A stretch of 64,000 bases of DNA from Candidatus Woesearchaeota archaeon (GTDB lineage Archaea; Nanobdellota; Nanobdellia; Woesearchaeales; UBA10216). The position numbers and the translations under genes were made by a program. Below the pieces are notes generated by a model that was given only the letters and a program-made list of their open reading frames with translations, was not told where the DNA came from and did no database searches. Below, one piece after another: positions 8,592 through 17,695 of this stretch. The DNA is taken from positions 9,104 through 73,103 of the forward strand of contig JACPBS010000007.1 of the NCBI GenBank assembly GCA_016180195.1, in the 5' to 3' direction. Each line of letters begins with the position of its first letter. Positions within the stretch are counted from its first letter, which is position 1.

Positions 8592-9476
8592 CTATAACTG
8601 CTCCTTCACGCTCGACTTCAAGGTATCCATTTCCTCCTCGTAAGTCCTTACCCCATAATCGTTTCCTGACTTCCCCTGCCTCTTTGGCACCTCAAAATGC
8701 AGATCTTCGTCGCTTATCTCCTCAACAAATATTCTCGGAGCAGCAACGCGCTTCTTTTCCTTCTTTACCTTGATGACCGCCATCAGGTGCTCATCAGTTA
8801 TCCTCGAAGCCTTCCTGTCAGCTGCAACCTTGAAGATATCCTCACAGTTCTCAAGAAGCTTTCTTGGGTTGCTCCCCGAAAGCCTGTAAATCTTCTTAAT
8901 CATGCTGTCAGAAATAAAATCAAGGCTCCCAATGCGCTTCCTGACAAGGTCAACCGCACTTTCCGGCTTAAGCTTTGAAAGGAACTTCACATTATCCTTC
9001 ACAAGCTCATTTATGCCGTCACCAAGCTTTTCTCCCGGGACCTCTGTCCCGAAGAACACTATTGATTTGAAATTCCCTTTCCTGAAAAACCTGAGTATAT
9101 CATTCGACTCCTGCTTCTTAATATCCTGAGCCTCGTCAACTAGCAGTATCATGTTTTTTGAAGGGCTTGAAAAAAGCCTGCCAAAAAATGATGTATTGAC
9201 CAAGAGCTTCCTGAAATCAGTCTTCTTGTCTGACGTGTTGCAGCTGGTATATATGACCCTGCCCTTTCCACCAAACCGGGCAATAATATTCTTCAATATG
9301 GTTGTCTTCCCTATGCCCATGGGGCCTGAAATGTAAAGAACACCGCCCGATTCCACCTTGCCGAACACATCCTCAAGATCGTAACCAATAATCTCGGAAT
9401 GGAACGCTGCGGGCTTTATGCTGAAAGGATTGTTATAAAACCCCAGCCTATTGTACCAAAGCTCAGTTTGCGACAT
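8592..9476 (-). CDS. ExeA/MshM-like AAA+ ATPase (COG3267/AAA_22), paralog 1
   Basis: Starts with GFYNNPFSIKP, like the ExeA N-terminus (G..NPF). Walker A ESGGVLYISGPMGIGKTT and Walker B LLVDEAQ. The start was moved to M25 (ATG 9474-9476), 10 nt after the stop of paralog 2. Confidence 0.55.
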   Translation of the reverse strand: MSQTELWYNRLGFYNNPFSIKPAAFHSEIIGYDLEDVFGKVESGGVLYISGPMGIGKTTILKNIIARFGGKGRVIYTSCNTSDKKTDFRKLLVNTSFFGRLFSSPSKNMILLVDEAQDIKKQESNDILRFFRKGNFKSIVFFGTEVPGEKLGDGINELVKDNVKFLSKLKPESAVDLVRKRIGSLDFISDSMIKKIYRLSGSNPRKLLENCEDIFKVAADRKASRITDEHLMAVIKVKKEKKRVAAPRIFVEEISDEDLHFEVPKRQGKSGNDYGVRTYEEEMDTLKSSVKEQL

Positions 9477-10173
9477 GCTGATCACCCAAAATCTCGCTAA
9501 TATGCTTCTCCGACACCTTTTCAGCCCCATCACTGACTGCCTTTTCACTTGCAGCGCTCAAGTCAGCCAGGAATTTCCTTACATTCCCCCCGGAATGCCT
9601 GAAAATCACCTTGGCCATATCATCAGAAATGATATCGGTGTTCGGCACCCTTTCCCTGACAAGGCCTATAGCCTGGTCCTCGGAAAGCCCCTTGAGCCTG
9701 ATCACCCTTCCTCCTATCCTGTCCCGGACACTTTTTGAGAAATGCGCCCTGGAATAAGAGATTCCTGTGAAAACAACGGACTTGATGAAATTGTTGTCAA
9801 AATAATACTTTATGCGCTCGCAATTCTTCTTGCTCAGGAAATTCGCATTATCAAGGAAAAGCATCATGTTTTTCGGCTTAACACCAAACATCCTGCCAAA
9901 AAAACCATACCTGCCTTTCATCAGGTCTTCAATATTAACCTTTTTTTCAATCCGGCCGCAGTCAAAATATATGATCTTGCCCTTCCCTCCGAAAACATCT
10001 ATCAGGCATTTCAAGACAGCCGTCTTTCCAAAACCTTCCTTTCCCTCGAGGAAAACCATGCTCCCTGACTCAACCCTGTACTTCATCTCGTCAAGAACAT
10101 CATTGGCTGCAAACAATTTACCTTCAGACAAAAACGGGTCTTCATCAAAATCAAAATTATTATACCATGCCAT
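9463..10173 (-). CDS. ExeA/MshM-like AAA+ ATPase (COG3267/AAA_22), paralog 2
   Basis: Starts with MAWYNNFDFDEDPF. Walker A GKEGFGKTAVLK, Walker B LFLDNANF and a C-terminal helical lid (RHSGGNVRKF). Same architecture as its neighbour. Confidence 0.55.
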   Translation of the reverse strand: MAWYNNFDFDEDPFLSEGKLFAANDVLDEMKYRVESGSMVFLEGKEGFGKTAVLKCLIDVFGGKGKIIYFDCGRIEKKVNIEDLMKGRYGFFGRMFGVKPKNMMLFLDNANFLSKKNCERIKYYFDNNFIKSVVFTGISYSRAHFSKSVRDRIGGRVIRLKGLSEDQAIGLVRERVPNTDIISDDMAKVIFRHSGGNVRKFLADLSAASEKAVSDGAEKVSEKHISEILGDQHVAN

Positions 10174-10185
10174 TTAAAAACACCC

Positions 10186-10938
10186 CTATGAGCCCCTTGA
10201 CTTAATCCTGTAATCCTCAGCAAGCCTGTAATACTTATGAGCCTCCTCTTCATTCCCTGCATCATGAAGTTCCTCTGCCTTCCTGTGGAACCTCCTGGCC
10301 TTCTCAAGGCTGTCCTCAGCACCGCTCCTTAGAAAAACAAAAGACACCAAGCCCACAACAGCCAAGAAAAATCCTATGCCTGCCAGCATCAAAGGACTGA
10401 ATGAAAATCCTGACGAAGACCTGGCCTGCTGCGAAACTGTGGATGCGTTGCCAGGGGAATCGTTGATCTTTAACTCCGTCTTTTTCAGCTGACGAGCCGA
10501 CAACAAGGCTGACTTGTTAACAAAGCTCCTTTCCCCGTCACATTGCTCCAGATCACCTACAAAACACTTGCACTGCCCGTCAAAATAGCACCCAAACTGA
10601 TACAGCCCATCACCAGCGCCAACACATTCATACTGCAAAGCGCACCAGTAATCCATAGTTATTGAACTTGCATCCACATTACAATCCGAAAAATCGCCCT
10701 TATAACACCTGCACGTTCCATTATCAGAATAGCAGCCGAACCAAAAAGACCTTTCCGAATAGTCCGCAACCCTGCATTCAAACTCCTTTGCGCAGTCTGC
10801 GGTTTTCCTGCTAAGATCCGCCAGCTTTTTTTCGACATTCGAAGAAAGATCTGCCTTGACGAGGTCTGAAGTTGAATTTTCAGCATAGGCAAACTGCACC
10901 ACTAACAACGACAATGCAAGAATAATTGCTAACCTCAA
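10186..10938 (-). CDS. secreted/membrane-anchored Cys-rich protein with duplicated CxC module and cytoplasmic TPR-like tail
   Basis: Signal peptide, then two repeats (FWFGCYSDNGTCRCYKGDFSDCN and YQFGCYFDGQCKCFVGDLEQCD), a Ser-rich stalk, one TM helix, and a C-terminal helical hairpin EKARRFHRKAEELHDAG..AHKYYRLAEDYR. Confidence 0.5.
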   Translation of the reverse strand: MRLAIILALSLLVVQFAYAENSTSDLVKADLSSNVEKKLADLSRKTADCAKEFECRVADYSERSFWFGCYSDNGTCRCYKGDFSDCNVDASSITMDYWCALQYECVGAGDGLYQFGCYFDGQCKCFVGDLEQCDGERSFVNKSALLSARQLKKTELKINDSPGNASTVSQQARSSSGFSFSPLMLAGIGFFLAVVGLVSFVFLRSGAEDSLEKARRFHRKAEELHDAGNEEEAHKYYRLAEDYRIKSRGS

Positions 10939-11050
10939 ATCGCTTCCCCTCCAAATCGCTGGACAGAAGCTTGGCCCTTTCTTTTATAAATTTTTTGCAA
11001 AAAACAAAGAAAAAAACAGGAAAAATTTACTACAAAAAAAGACGATTTTT

Positions 11051-11923
11051 TCACAGGCTATCAACGTACATTTTCTTGCTCCTGAACCCCCTTTTCCTCG
11101 ATAATTTTTCCATGGCAGAATCAAATGCAGACCCGTATTGGGCAGCAATCTTCCTCCTTAATGAAATGACCTCTGGCAAACCCAATTCGATTGCAGCCTC
11201 CCTAAGAACTGCTTTATTCCCGAGATCGGAGATTTTCCAGCACCCAGGAACCCTCATGGACGAAACCAAAAGGGCATCATCAAGAAAAGGGGTCAAGAAA
11301 GTCATGCCGAAAAAACGGGCAATCGAAAAATCCCTCAACAAATCCCTGACCATCAATTGCTCCAGGCCACGCCAGCACTCCTGATTTATATCCGGCGCAT
11401 TCGAGTGCCTTTGGTAGCCTGCGAATATCTCCTCACTCCCCAACCCCGAAAACACGCATTTCACGCCCTCCTCCTGGGCTGCCAGCGATGCCGCATAAAC
11501 AACTGCCCCGACACCCACATTCACCACATCGCACTCAGGGATTATTTCCTTAACTGCCATGAATATTTCCTCAGCCTCGACAAGCGAGCATACCGCTTCC
11601 CTCAAATCAAGCCCCATCAACCTCGCCGCATCCCTGGAAGCCACAAGATCCTTTGAACAGCCAACAGATGCAGTAAAGCATGAGAAATCCCGGCCAAGAC
11701 CCCTGCATAAAAAAGAGATAAAAGAGCTATCAATCCCTCCTGAAAAAAAGACCCCAAACCTTTCACCAGGAATCCTTTTCTGAACAGAGCACAACAGGTC
11801 TTTTTTAAGCTCGCGAAGGGCTTCTTTCTTGTCTGAAAAAGAGCCCATAAGGCCCACTTGTTCTCTAAACGAGACTATCCTTCGCTTCCACTCCTGAGAA
11901 TCCAGGAGGCTTCCCCGAAACAT
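11051..11923 (-). CDS. PP-loop ATP pyrophosphatase, asparagine synthetase B C-terminal-domain-like (no glutaminase domain)
   Basis: Has the SGGIDSS PP-loop in VFFSGGIDSSFISFL. The start was moved to M44 (ATG at 11923). Confidence 0.55.
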   Translation of the reverse strand: MFRGSLLDSQEWKRRIVSFREQVGLMGSFSDKKEALRELKKDLLCSVQKRIPGERFGVFFSGGIDSSFISFLCRGLGRDFSCFTASVGCSKDLVASRDAARLMGLDLREAVCSLVEAEEIFMAVKEIIPECDVVNVGVGAVVYAASLAAQEEGVKCVFSGLGSEEIFAGYQRHSNAPDINQECWRGLEQLMVRDLLRDFSIARFFGMTFLTPFLDDALLVSSMRVPGCWKISDLGNKAVLREAAIELGLPEVISLRRKIAAQYGSAFDSAMEKLSRKRGFRSKKMYVDSL

Positions 11924-11955
11924 GTAAATTTCTTCCACAAAACAAGAAATTTGCA

Positions 11956-11970
11956 AATATTTAAATATTG
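11956..11970. promoter_or_regulatory. palindromic TATA element (aaatatttaaatatt) in a divergent promoter region
   Basis: Lies about 20-35 nt upstream of both the minus-strand start at 11923 and the plus-strand start at 11989. Confidence 0.3.
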
Positions 11971-11988
11971 ACCGGGAAAACCCATTAT

Positions 11989-12204
11989 ATGGCAAAACAG
12001 GAAAACATGGAACAGATCGGGTTCCACAAGGGGGCATTGACAACCCTTGCAAAGGAAAGGCAGGAATTTACAAGGCTTCTAAGCGTAGTGGAACAGCTCA
12101 TGCAGATGCACATCGAGGAGCTCAAAAAACTCGGCATTGACCTTGAAAAGGAGGCAGAGAAGCAGGCACAAAAAAAGCCGATTGAAGATATGCTGAAAAA
12201 ATGA
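11989..12204 (+). CDS. small coiled-coil protein (hypothetical), translationally coupled to the DUF371 gene
   Basis: ATG at 11989. K/E-rich helical protein of 71 aa. Its stop overlaps the next start (ATGA at 12201). Confidence 0.35.
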   Translation: MAKQENMEQIGFHKGALTTLAKERQEFTRLLSVVEQLMQMHIEELKKLGIDLEKEAEKQAQKKPIEDMLKK

Positions 12205-12590
12205 GATATGAGTTCTCTGCTCACGGGCACAAAAACATCAGGGCAACACACAGTACAACTCTTGAATTCACAAAGGATCCTGAACTGACTGAAAAAGGAG
12301 ACTGCATCGTGGGCGTCAGGTCCGATTTTGAGCACAATAAGCTGAAAATGTTTCTTCAATGCAAAAAGATAAGGATAATACTTGCAGCACCAGGAAAAAA
12401 AGAAGAGCTAACAGCGGTTCCAAATCCCCACTTTGACTGTGATAATGAGATTGTAATAAGGAAATCAGGCTTCATAAGCAAAAGGACGTTTGCAACATCG
12501 GCAAACATTGCTGCATCAGACATTGACAGGGAATTGATTTCTTGCCTAAAAAATAACACCTGCTTAAAAATAACGGTTGAATGCATATAG
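12201..12590 (+). CDS. DUF371-family archaeal protein
   Basis: 129 aa. MRYEFSAHGHKNIRATHSTTLEFTKD...GDCIVGVRSDF matches my recollection of the DUF371 pattern. Confidence 0.5.
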   Translation: MRYEFSAHGHKNIRATHSTTLEFTKDPELTEKGDCIVGVRSDFEHNKLKMFLQCKKIRIILAAPGKKEELTAVPNPHFDCDNEIVIRKSGFISKRTFATSANIAASDIDRELISCLKNNTCLKITVECI

Positions 12591-12657
12591 GCCATATGCC
12601 TACATATATCTAAATTTAAAAACACATATTAAAAAACCACCACTAATCCGTGAAAAA

Positions 12658-13929
12658 ATGACAACCACGAACCTCTTGGAAATCCCTGCAACGAGCCAGG
12701 AATACTACATGGGCATGCAGAATTTAAGAGATGCAATAATAAGTGCATCAAGTGCATCACCTTCACTTGGAATGCTAGCTTATCAAATCCAAAATGCGAG
12801 CTCAAAAAGAGCCAAAAGACAAAAATTGCATTCACTGGAATCTGCAATAGACAAGTTAGCATCCCAGAATGTTGTCAAAACCCTCGCTGAGCTGCAAGCA
12901 AGACAAGCGCCGGAACTTGAAGAACTGCTAATAAGAAACAGCATATTCCGGGGTATTCCGCTCTGGATGGATGGAAGTAACGACCCTCTCCTTCAGTACA
13001 GCATAATAACCGAGGGAAGGTGCCTACCCTGCTACAATAGCAATTTTGAGCTAAAAGGGCTCAAAAGGCAGACGCAACAAATAGGCCAACCATTAAGGCT
13101 TTCTGAGATCCAAAAAAAGTGGAATGAAATAATGCTCCTAGACAAGTTTTTTGATGATCCAGAAAACAGGCATAAATACACCCCAAGATGCAAGGACCAT
13201 TGGGAACCAACGCTGCTCACATCCACAGTGCATAGATTCTCAGCAGTAAATCCGCGCGGAGAACTTCAACTACCCTACCTAAGGTTTGACTTCAGGGTAA
13301 AGGGAAGCGGAGAGGCTGCATTCAAGCACACGCAATGGCTAGTCGGCGAACTAAAAAGCGACGGGACCCCGAAAAGGGTTGAAGACTACCTTGCAAGCAG
13401 AAGCATAGCCAGTGAAAAGGAATTCCCGGAAAAATTTGTAGAATTCCTAAGCAGCTATTCAAATGGAACAATGATTGACTGGAACGGGCTCATTTACGCC
13501 CAGTGCTGCGGAGAAATGATAGACCGAATAGGGGCAGCTTTGAGCAGCAAAAAACTCAGAGGGGTCTACAAATCAAGGATAAAGGATAATGTCCTAAGAG
13601 AAAGGGAAGCCGGAAACGGCCCTGCAGCAAAGTTCATAGAAGGAATGCTGCCTGTCCTGGAATGCACAGACAACGGGCTTGAAAACCTTTGCCAGATAGA
13701 TCATCATTTTGTGACAGAACAATGGCATACAAGCACTGAAGGGACAATGAGCACCAATCACCTAAGCTATGCTGCAATGAGGCTGACGCGAAAACTTGAA
13801 GAATGGTCCCCCTTACACTGGATTGTTTTTAGAGACATTGCCCTTCCAATATTCTCACAGGACTACCTGTACCCTTTTTACAGGGAAGTTGCAGAACGCG
13901 CCCTTAACGGAAAGACTAGCCTGTCCTGA
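12658..13929 (+). CDS. hypothetical protein (424 aa, no recognisable family)
   Basis: Long ORF with normal composition. The start was moved to the ATG at 12658 behind an AT-rich TATA-like region (12612-12636). Several Cys/His pairs occur (CLPCY, CKDHWEP, CQIDHH). Confidence 0.5.
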   Translation: MTTTNLLEIPATSQEYYMGMQNLRDAIISASSASPSLGMLAYQIQNASSKRAKRQKLHSLESAIDKLASQNVVKTLAELQARQAPELEELLIRNSIFRGIPLWMDGSNDPLLQYSIITEGRCLPCYNSNFELKGLKRQTQQIGQPLRLSEIQKKWNEIMLLDKFFDDPENRHKYTPRCKDHWEPTLLTSTVHRFSAVNPRGELQLPYLRFDFRVKGSGEAAFKHTQWLVGELKSDGTPKRVEDYLASRSIASEKEFPEKFVEFLSSYSNGTMIDWNGLIYAQCCGEMIDRIGAALSSKKLRGVYKSRIKDNVLREREAGNGPAAKFIEGMLPVLECTDNGLENLCQIDHHFVTEQWHTSTEGTMSTNHLSYAAMRLTRKLEEWSPLHWIVFRDIALPIFSQDYLYPFYREVAERALNGKTSLS

Positions 13930-14368
13930 CCCTCCTGGTCTTAGGAACGAAATTCTTAATGACCCCGTTACTGTACCTGCCACACCCCACAAAATCAGAT
14001 CCTGACCTGATTATCACGAACCCTGAACTATCGCACTCCCTTAACAGGTCCTCACCCCTCAACCAGGCAAACAATTCTTTCCTGCTGATTTCAACAACAT
14101 TCATTGATGCACCAGGCCCTATGATCTGCGACCCCTCGATCGTAAGCCTAAGATTTTCATCCTTGAACTCCCCAAAATAAAGCCCCATGGAATTAACCCT
14201 TAACTTGGAAAAATCAAGCCTTCCAACATCCCTTGAAACCAGGAAAATCCTATCCTTGTTGTTGATTAAAAAAGCATAATCCAGCCTGCCTTCAAAACCC
14301 CACCGGTCATGCAAAATGCGCATAATATCCTTTACCTGCTTTGAATTGAGGATTTTCAGGCTTAACAT
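13916..14368 (-). CDS. NIP7-like pre-PUA/PUA domain protein (ribosome biogenesis factor homolog)
   Basis: 150 aa. The segments VNSMGLYFGEF, FAWLRGEDLLRE and SGFVIIRSGSDFVGCG align to the N- and PUA-domain signatures of NIP7. Confidence 0.55.
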   Translation of the reverse strand: MLSLKILNSKQVKDIMRILHDRWGFEGRLDYAFLINNKDRIFLVSRDVGRLDFSKLRVNSMGLYFGEFKDENLRLTIEGSQIIGPGASMNVVEISRKELFAWLRGEDLLRECDSSGFVIIRSGSDFVGCGRYSNGVIKNFVPKTRRVRTG

Positions 14369-14729
14369 GAAACTTGTTATTTAAGAAAGGTTTAAATATT
14401 TACGCAAAAAAAGAGATTCCAATCATAAAAAACACATATTTTGCTTAAATAAAACCGTAAACGATGAAAAAAGACACAAATAAATCAATTTTTTTAGGCC
14501 AAGCCTGAAAGTTCTCTTCCTGATCATTGCATTTGCTGAACTGGGAGGAATTTCAGCCATGCTCCTATATTCAAAAACTGTTGGAAATCCTCTTGATGTA
14601 TTGTATATTTGGCTTGCATGGTTTATCTTATTTCCATTAGCTATCCTTATAAGATATTTTCATGCAAGCATCACAACCTGGTTCGTGTTCGACAAGTTAA
14701 TTCCTTCCCTGAGAAAAAGGAATAAGTGA

Positions 14730-16487
14730 TCAAATCCCCCATAACGGGTTATCCTTCCTCATGAATTCAGCGATCTCCTTGACAACAGCGATCTCCTCCT
14801 TGCTCAGGTATTTCGCCAGTGCCTTAATTTTCCTGAAATCATCCTCAGGAATAAAGCTATGAATGATGTCACCCTCATTAACCTGTCTCCCAACGGTAAC
14901 TTGGTCAACCGAAACAGCAACCCTCTTCCCGACTTCAGCTGTCGAGATGCTCTCCTGCTCCAACTGCAACGACTTGATGTTGCCAATCAGCCTACCTTCC
15001 TTCATTATGGGCATGCCTGCCTTCATTACACCCACGATTATCTCAACACCGAAAACCGCAGGGTTGCTCTGCCTGAAAACATATCCTGGAAGTATCCGGA
15101 ACTTGCATGGCCTGACCAGAGAATCAAGATCCCGGGACTCCATTTTCCTCCTTACCTCTTCCTTCCAAGCCTCAAACTCATCAATCAGCCTGTAGATCAC
15201 ATTATTGGAGATCAGCTTTACATTTGCAGAAGAGAAGGAAGAAGAAACATTGAAGCCCAAAACACAGGCATACAAGGGAAACCTTTCACGATTGGCCTCT
15301 GCGTCCATAAAATCCTTCCTCGTAATCTCCCCTATCGAAGCCCTTTTCACAAGGATTCCCCGGTCACGGAGGAGCCTGATCAATGCCTCAAGGCTTCCAA
15401 GCGTATCAGCCTTCACAACAATACCCTCCTTATCGGTGTCAACAAGCACTTCGCTTACCTCAGACTGAACCTCGGCTTCAACCACCCTGATTGATTCCTC
15501 ACTGCAACTTCTCAGCGGAGCACCCGCAATAACATCATCAACATCCAGGGCAGAAACCTTGACTCCTGAAGCTGCAGTCACCATGTCCACAGCCTGGAAT
15601 CTCGCTTTATCCCTCATTTCAGCCAACGGAGCAGGCTCAAACAATGCCTTCACCCTGCTCACAACTGCCTTGTTAACTCCTCCAAGAACTATGCAATCCC
15701 CTTTCCTCAATATGCCATCATATATTATTACATCCAATGTCGTGCCCAACCCCTTCTCTTTCTTGACCTCAAGCACCGTTCCCTTCGCATTTCCAGACAC
15801 ATTCATCTTCAAGGAGGACTCAAGATATCTCTGGGCGAGCCCAGAAATCACCATCAAAAGCTCAGCCACGCCTTCGCCGCTTTTAGCAGAGCAGGGAATA
15901 ACCGCAACTTGTTGCGTAAAATCATCAACCCTGTCAAAACGCTCGGAGGAAAAACCGAGCTCAGAAAGCCTGCCAACAAGCTTGTAAAGCCTGGTTTCAA
16001 ATTCACCCTTTACACCATCAGACTGGCCATCGATGGATTGGAGAAGGAATCCAGTTCCAGGCCTCCATCCAGGTATAAGGTCTATCTTGGTGGCAGCAAC
16101 AATAAACGGGGTCTTAAAGCTCTTAAGGATGTCAATAGCCTCCAATGTCTGCTCCTTGACCCCTTCATTAAGGTCGATCACAACAATCGCAATGTCAGCG
16201 ATATTACCGCCCCTTTTCCTAAGATTGGTAAACGCAGCATGGCCCGGGGTGTCAATGAAAAGCAAACCCGGAATAGTGAAATCAATCCTCATTGCATTAA
16301 GCAAATCGCCACAAATAGACCTGACTGTAGACAAAGGAACATGGCTGCAGCCTATACACTGAGTGATTCCCCCTGCCTCCTTAGCGCTGACAGCAGTACC
16401 CCTAATCTTGTCCAAAAGCGAGGTTTTTCCCGCATCCACATGGCCAACCGTGACAATTACAGGCTGCCTGATCATGATATTTTCCAT
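14730..16487 (-). CDS. infB: translation initiation factor aIF5B (IF2 homolog)
   Basis: G1 VGHVDAGKTS, DTPGH, NKID, and 585 aa with domains II-IV. Confidence 0.9.
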   Translation of the reverse strand: MENIMIRQPVIVTVGHVDAGKTSLLDKIRGTAVSAKEAGGITQCIGCSHVPLSTVRSICGDLLNAMRIDFTIPGLLFIDTPGHAAFTNLRKRGGNIADIAIVVIDLNEGVKEQTLEAIDILKSFKTPFIVAATKIDLIPGWRPGTGFLLQSIDGQSDGVKGEFETRLYKLVGRLSELGFSSERFDRVDDFTQQVAVIPCSAKSGEGVAELLMVISGLAQRYLESSLKMNVSGNAKGTVLEVKKEKGLGTTLDVIIYDGILRKGDCIVLGGVNKAVVSRVKALFEPAPLAEMRDKARFQAVDMVTAASGVKVSALDVDDVIAGAPLRSCSEESIRVVEAEVQSEVSEVLVDTDKEGIVVKADTLGSLEALIRLLRDRGILVKRASIGEITRKDFMDAEANRERFPLYACVLGFNVSSSFSSANVKLISNNVIYRLIDEFEAWKEEVRRKMESRDLDSLVRPCKFRILPGYVFRQSNPAVFGVEIIVGVMKAGMPIMKEGRLIGNIKSLQLEQESISTAEVGKRVAVSVDQVTVGRQVNEGDIIHSFIPEDDFRKIKALAKYLSKEEIAVVKEIAEFMRKDNPLWGI

Positions 16488-16539
16488 GAAAAGAAAGGAA
16501 AAAAGCAGTGTTTTTAAGGCTTTTTAAAAAAGAAAAAAA

Positions 16540-17664
16540 TTAATTTACAGCCCTCGTTACATTAACCCTTCCCCACCCGTAAAGCGTGTCCTTGCCTGCT
16601 TTACCAAGGTCCCTTGACGAGCTGAACAAAGCCTGCTCTACCTGAGCAACGCTGAATTCAGGATGGGCTAATTTGATCAGCGCCACAGCACCACTAACCG
16701 CCGGAGTTGCCATGCTGGTACCGCTTGCAGAGGCGTAAGTGCTACCGAGCCATGTGGAATAAATCTTGACACCCGGCGCAGCCAAATCAACAGAGCTTCC
16801 CCTTCCTGAAAATCTTGCAACCTTATCCCTGCCATCAACAGCGCCCACAGTCGTGGAATAGCTTATGCAGCCAGGAATCGAAACACCTGAACTTCCACTG
16901 TTCCCCGCAGCGACAACCACAATAACACCCCTGTCCCTAGCATACCTTACCGCATTTGTAAGGTCAGGCAGGACTGAATCGCAGAACCCGGAATACGTGT
17001 AAGGCCTTGAAGTTCCAATACTTATGCTGATCGCATCAACCCCGAAATCATCGGAAGTATTTGCAACGCCATCAGGGCCGTCAACAACCCAGTAAATCGC
17101 TGCAACAAGATCGCTGAAATAACCAGCTCCTGAAGAGTCAAGAACTTTTCCAGCAATTATGCCAGTGCCCGGGGCAACACCCTTAGCCCGTGATGAGTAA
17201 CCATCAGCAGTTATTATACCTGCAACGTGCGTGCCATGACCATTGTCATCGTAAGGATCCTGATCGTCGTTAACAAAATCAACACCGCCAAGATAGCTCG
17301 AAACCAACTCGGGATGATTGTAATTATACCCGGTATCCAAAACAGCAACCCTCCTTCCAGAGCCATTATTGCCTGATACGTGCACAATATCCGCTCCAAT
17401 CTGCCTGTTAACACCAATGTCAACTGCAAATATCCTTACATCGTCCTGAAGCCCCAAAGAAGCTGCACCTTGTGCAGTGCATTCCAAAGCTTTAAGCCCC
17501 CTTGCCTCTCTTATCTTTTTGCAACCTTTTTCAAAAGCATCAGACAGCTCCTTGTCTGTATGGGCTATGACTCTAACCTTGTCGTTCTGCGCAAAACCAA
17601 AAACTGCAAACAATAATACCAGAAAAAGAGAAATCATCACCAAAATATTTCTTTTCAAGCACAA
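16540..17664 (-). CDS. secreted subtilisin-like serine protease (peptidase S8)
   Basis: Signal peptide plus the D-H-S triad motifs VAVLDTGYNYNHPEL, HGTHVAGIIT and GTSMATPAVSGAVALI. Confidence 0.85.
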   Translation of the reverse strand: MCLKRNILVMISLFLVLLFAVFGFAQNDKVRVIAHTDKELSDAFEKGCKKIREARGLKALECTAQGAASLGLQDDVRIFAVDIGVNRQIGADIVHVSGNNGSGRRVAVLDTGYNYNHPELVSSYLGGVDFVNDDQDPYDDNGHGTHVAGIITADGYSSRAKGVAPGTGIIAGKVLDSSGAGYFSDLVAAIYWVVDGPDGVANTSDDFGVDAISISIGTSRPYTYSGFCDSVLPDLTNAVRYARDRGVIVVVAAGNSGSSGVSIPGCISYSTTVGAVDGRDKVARFSGRGSSVDLAAPGVKIYSTWLGSTYASASGTSMATPAVSGAVALIKLAHPEFSVAQVEQALFSSSRDLGKAGKDTLYGWGRVNVTRAVN

Positions 17665-17695
17665 TCACCTCCTTTTTGAATATGCTAAATAAGCA

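Noticed and set aside
14859-15494. 211-aa plus-strand ORF (and neighbours 15559-16517)
   Set aside because: Antisense to aIF5B, which has full-length conserved motifs. There are no motifs of their own.
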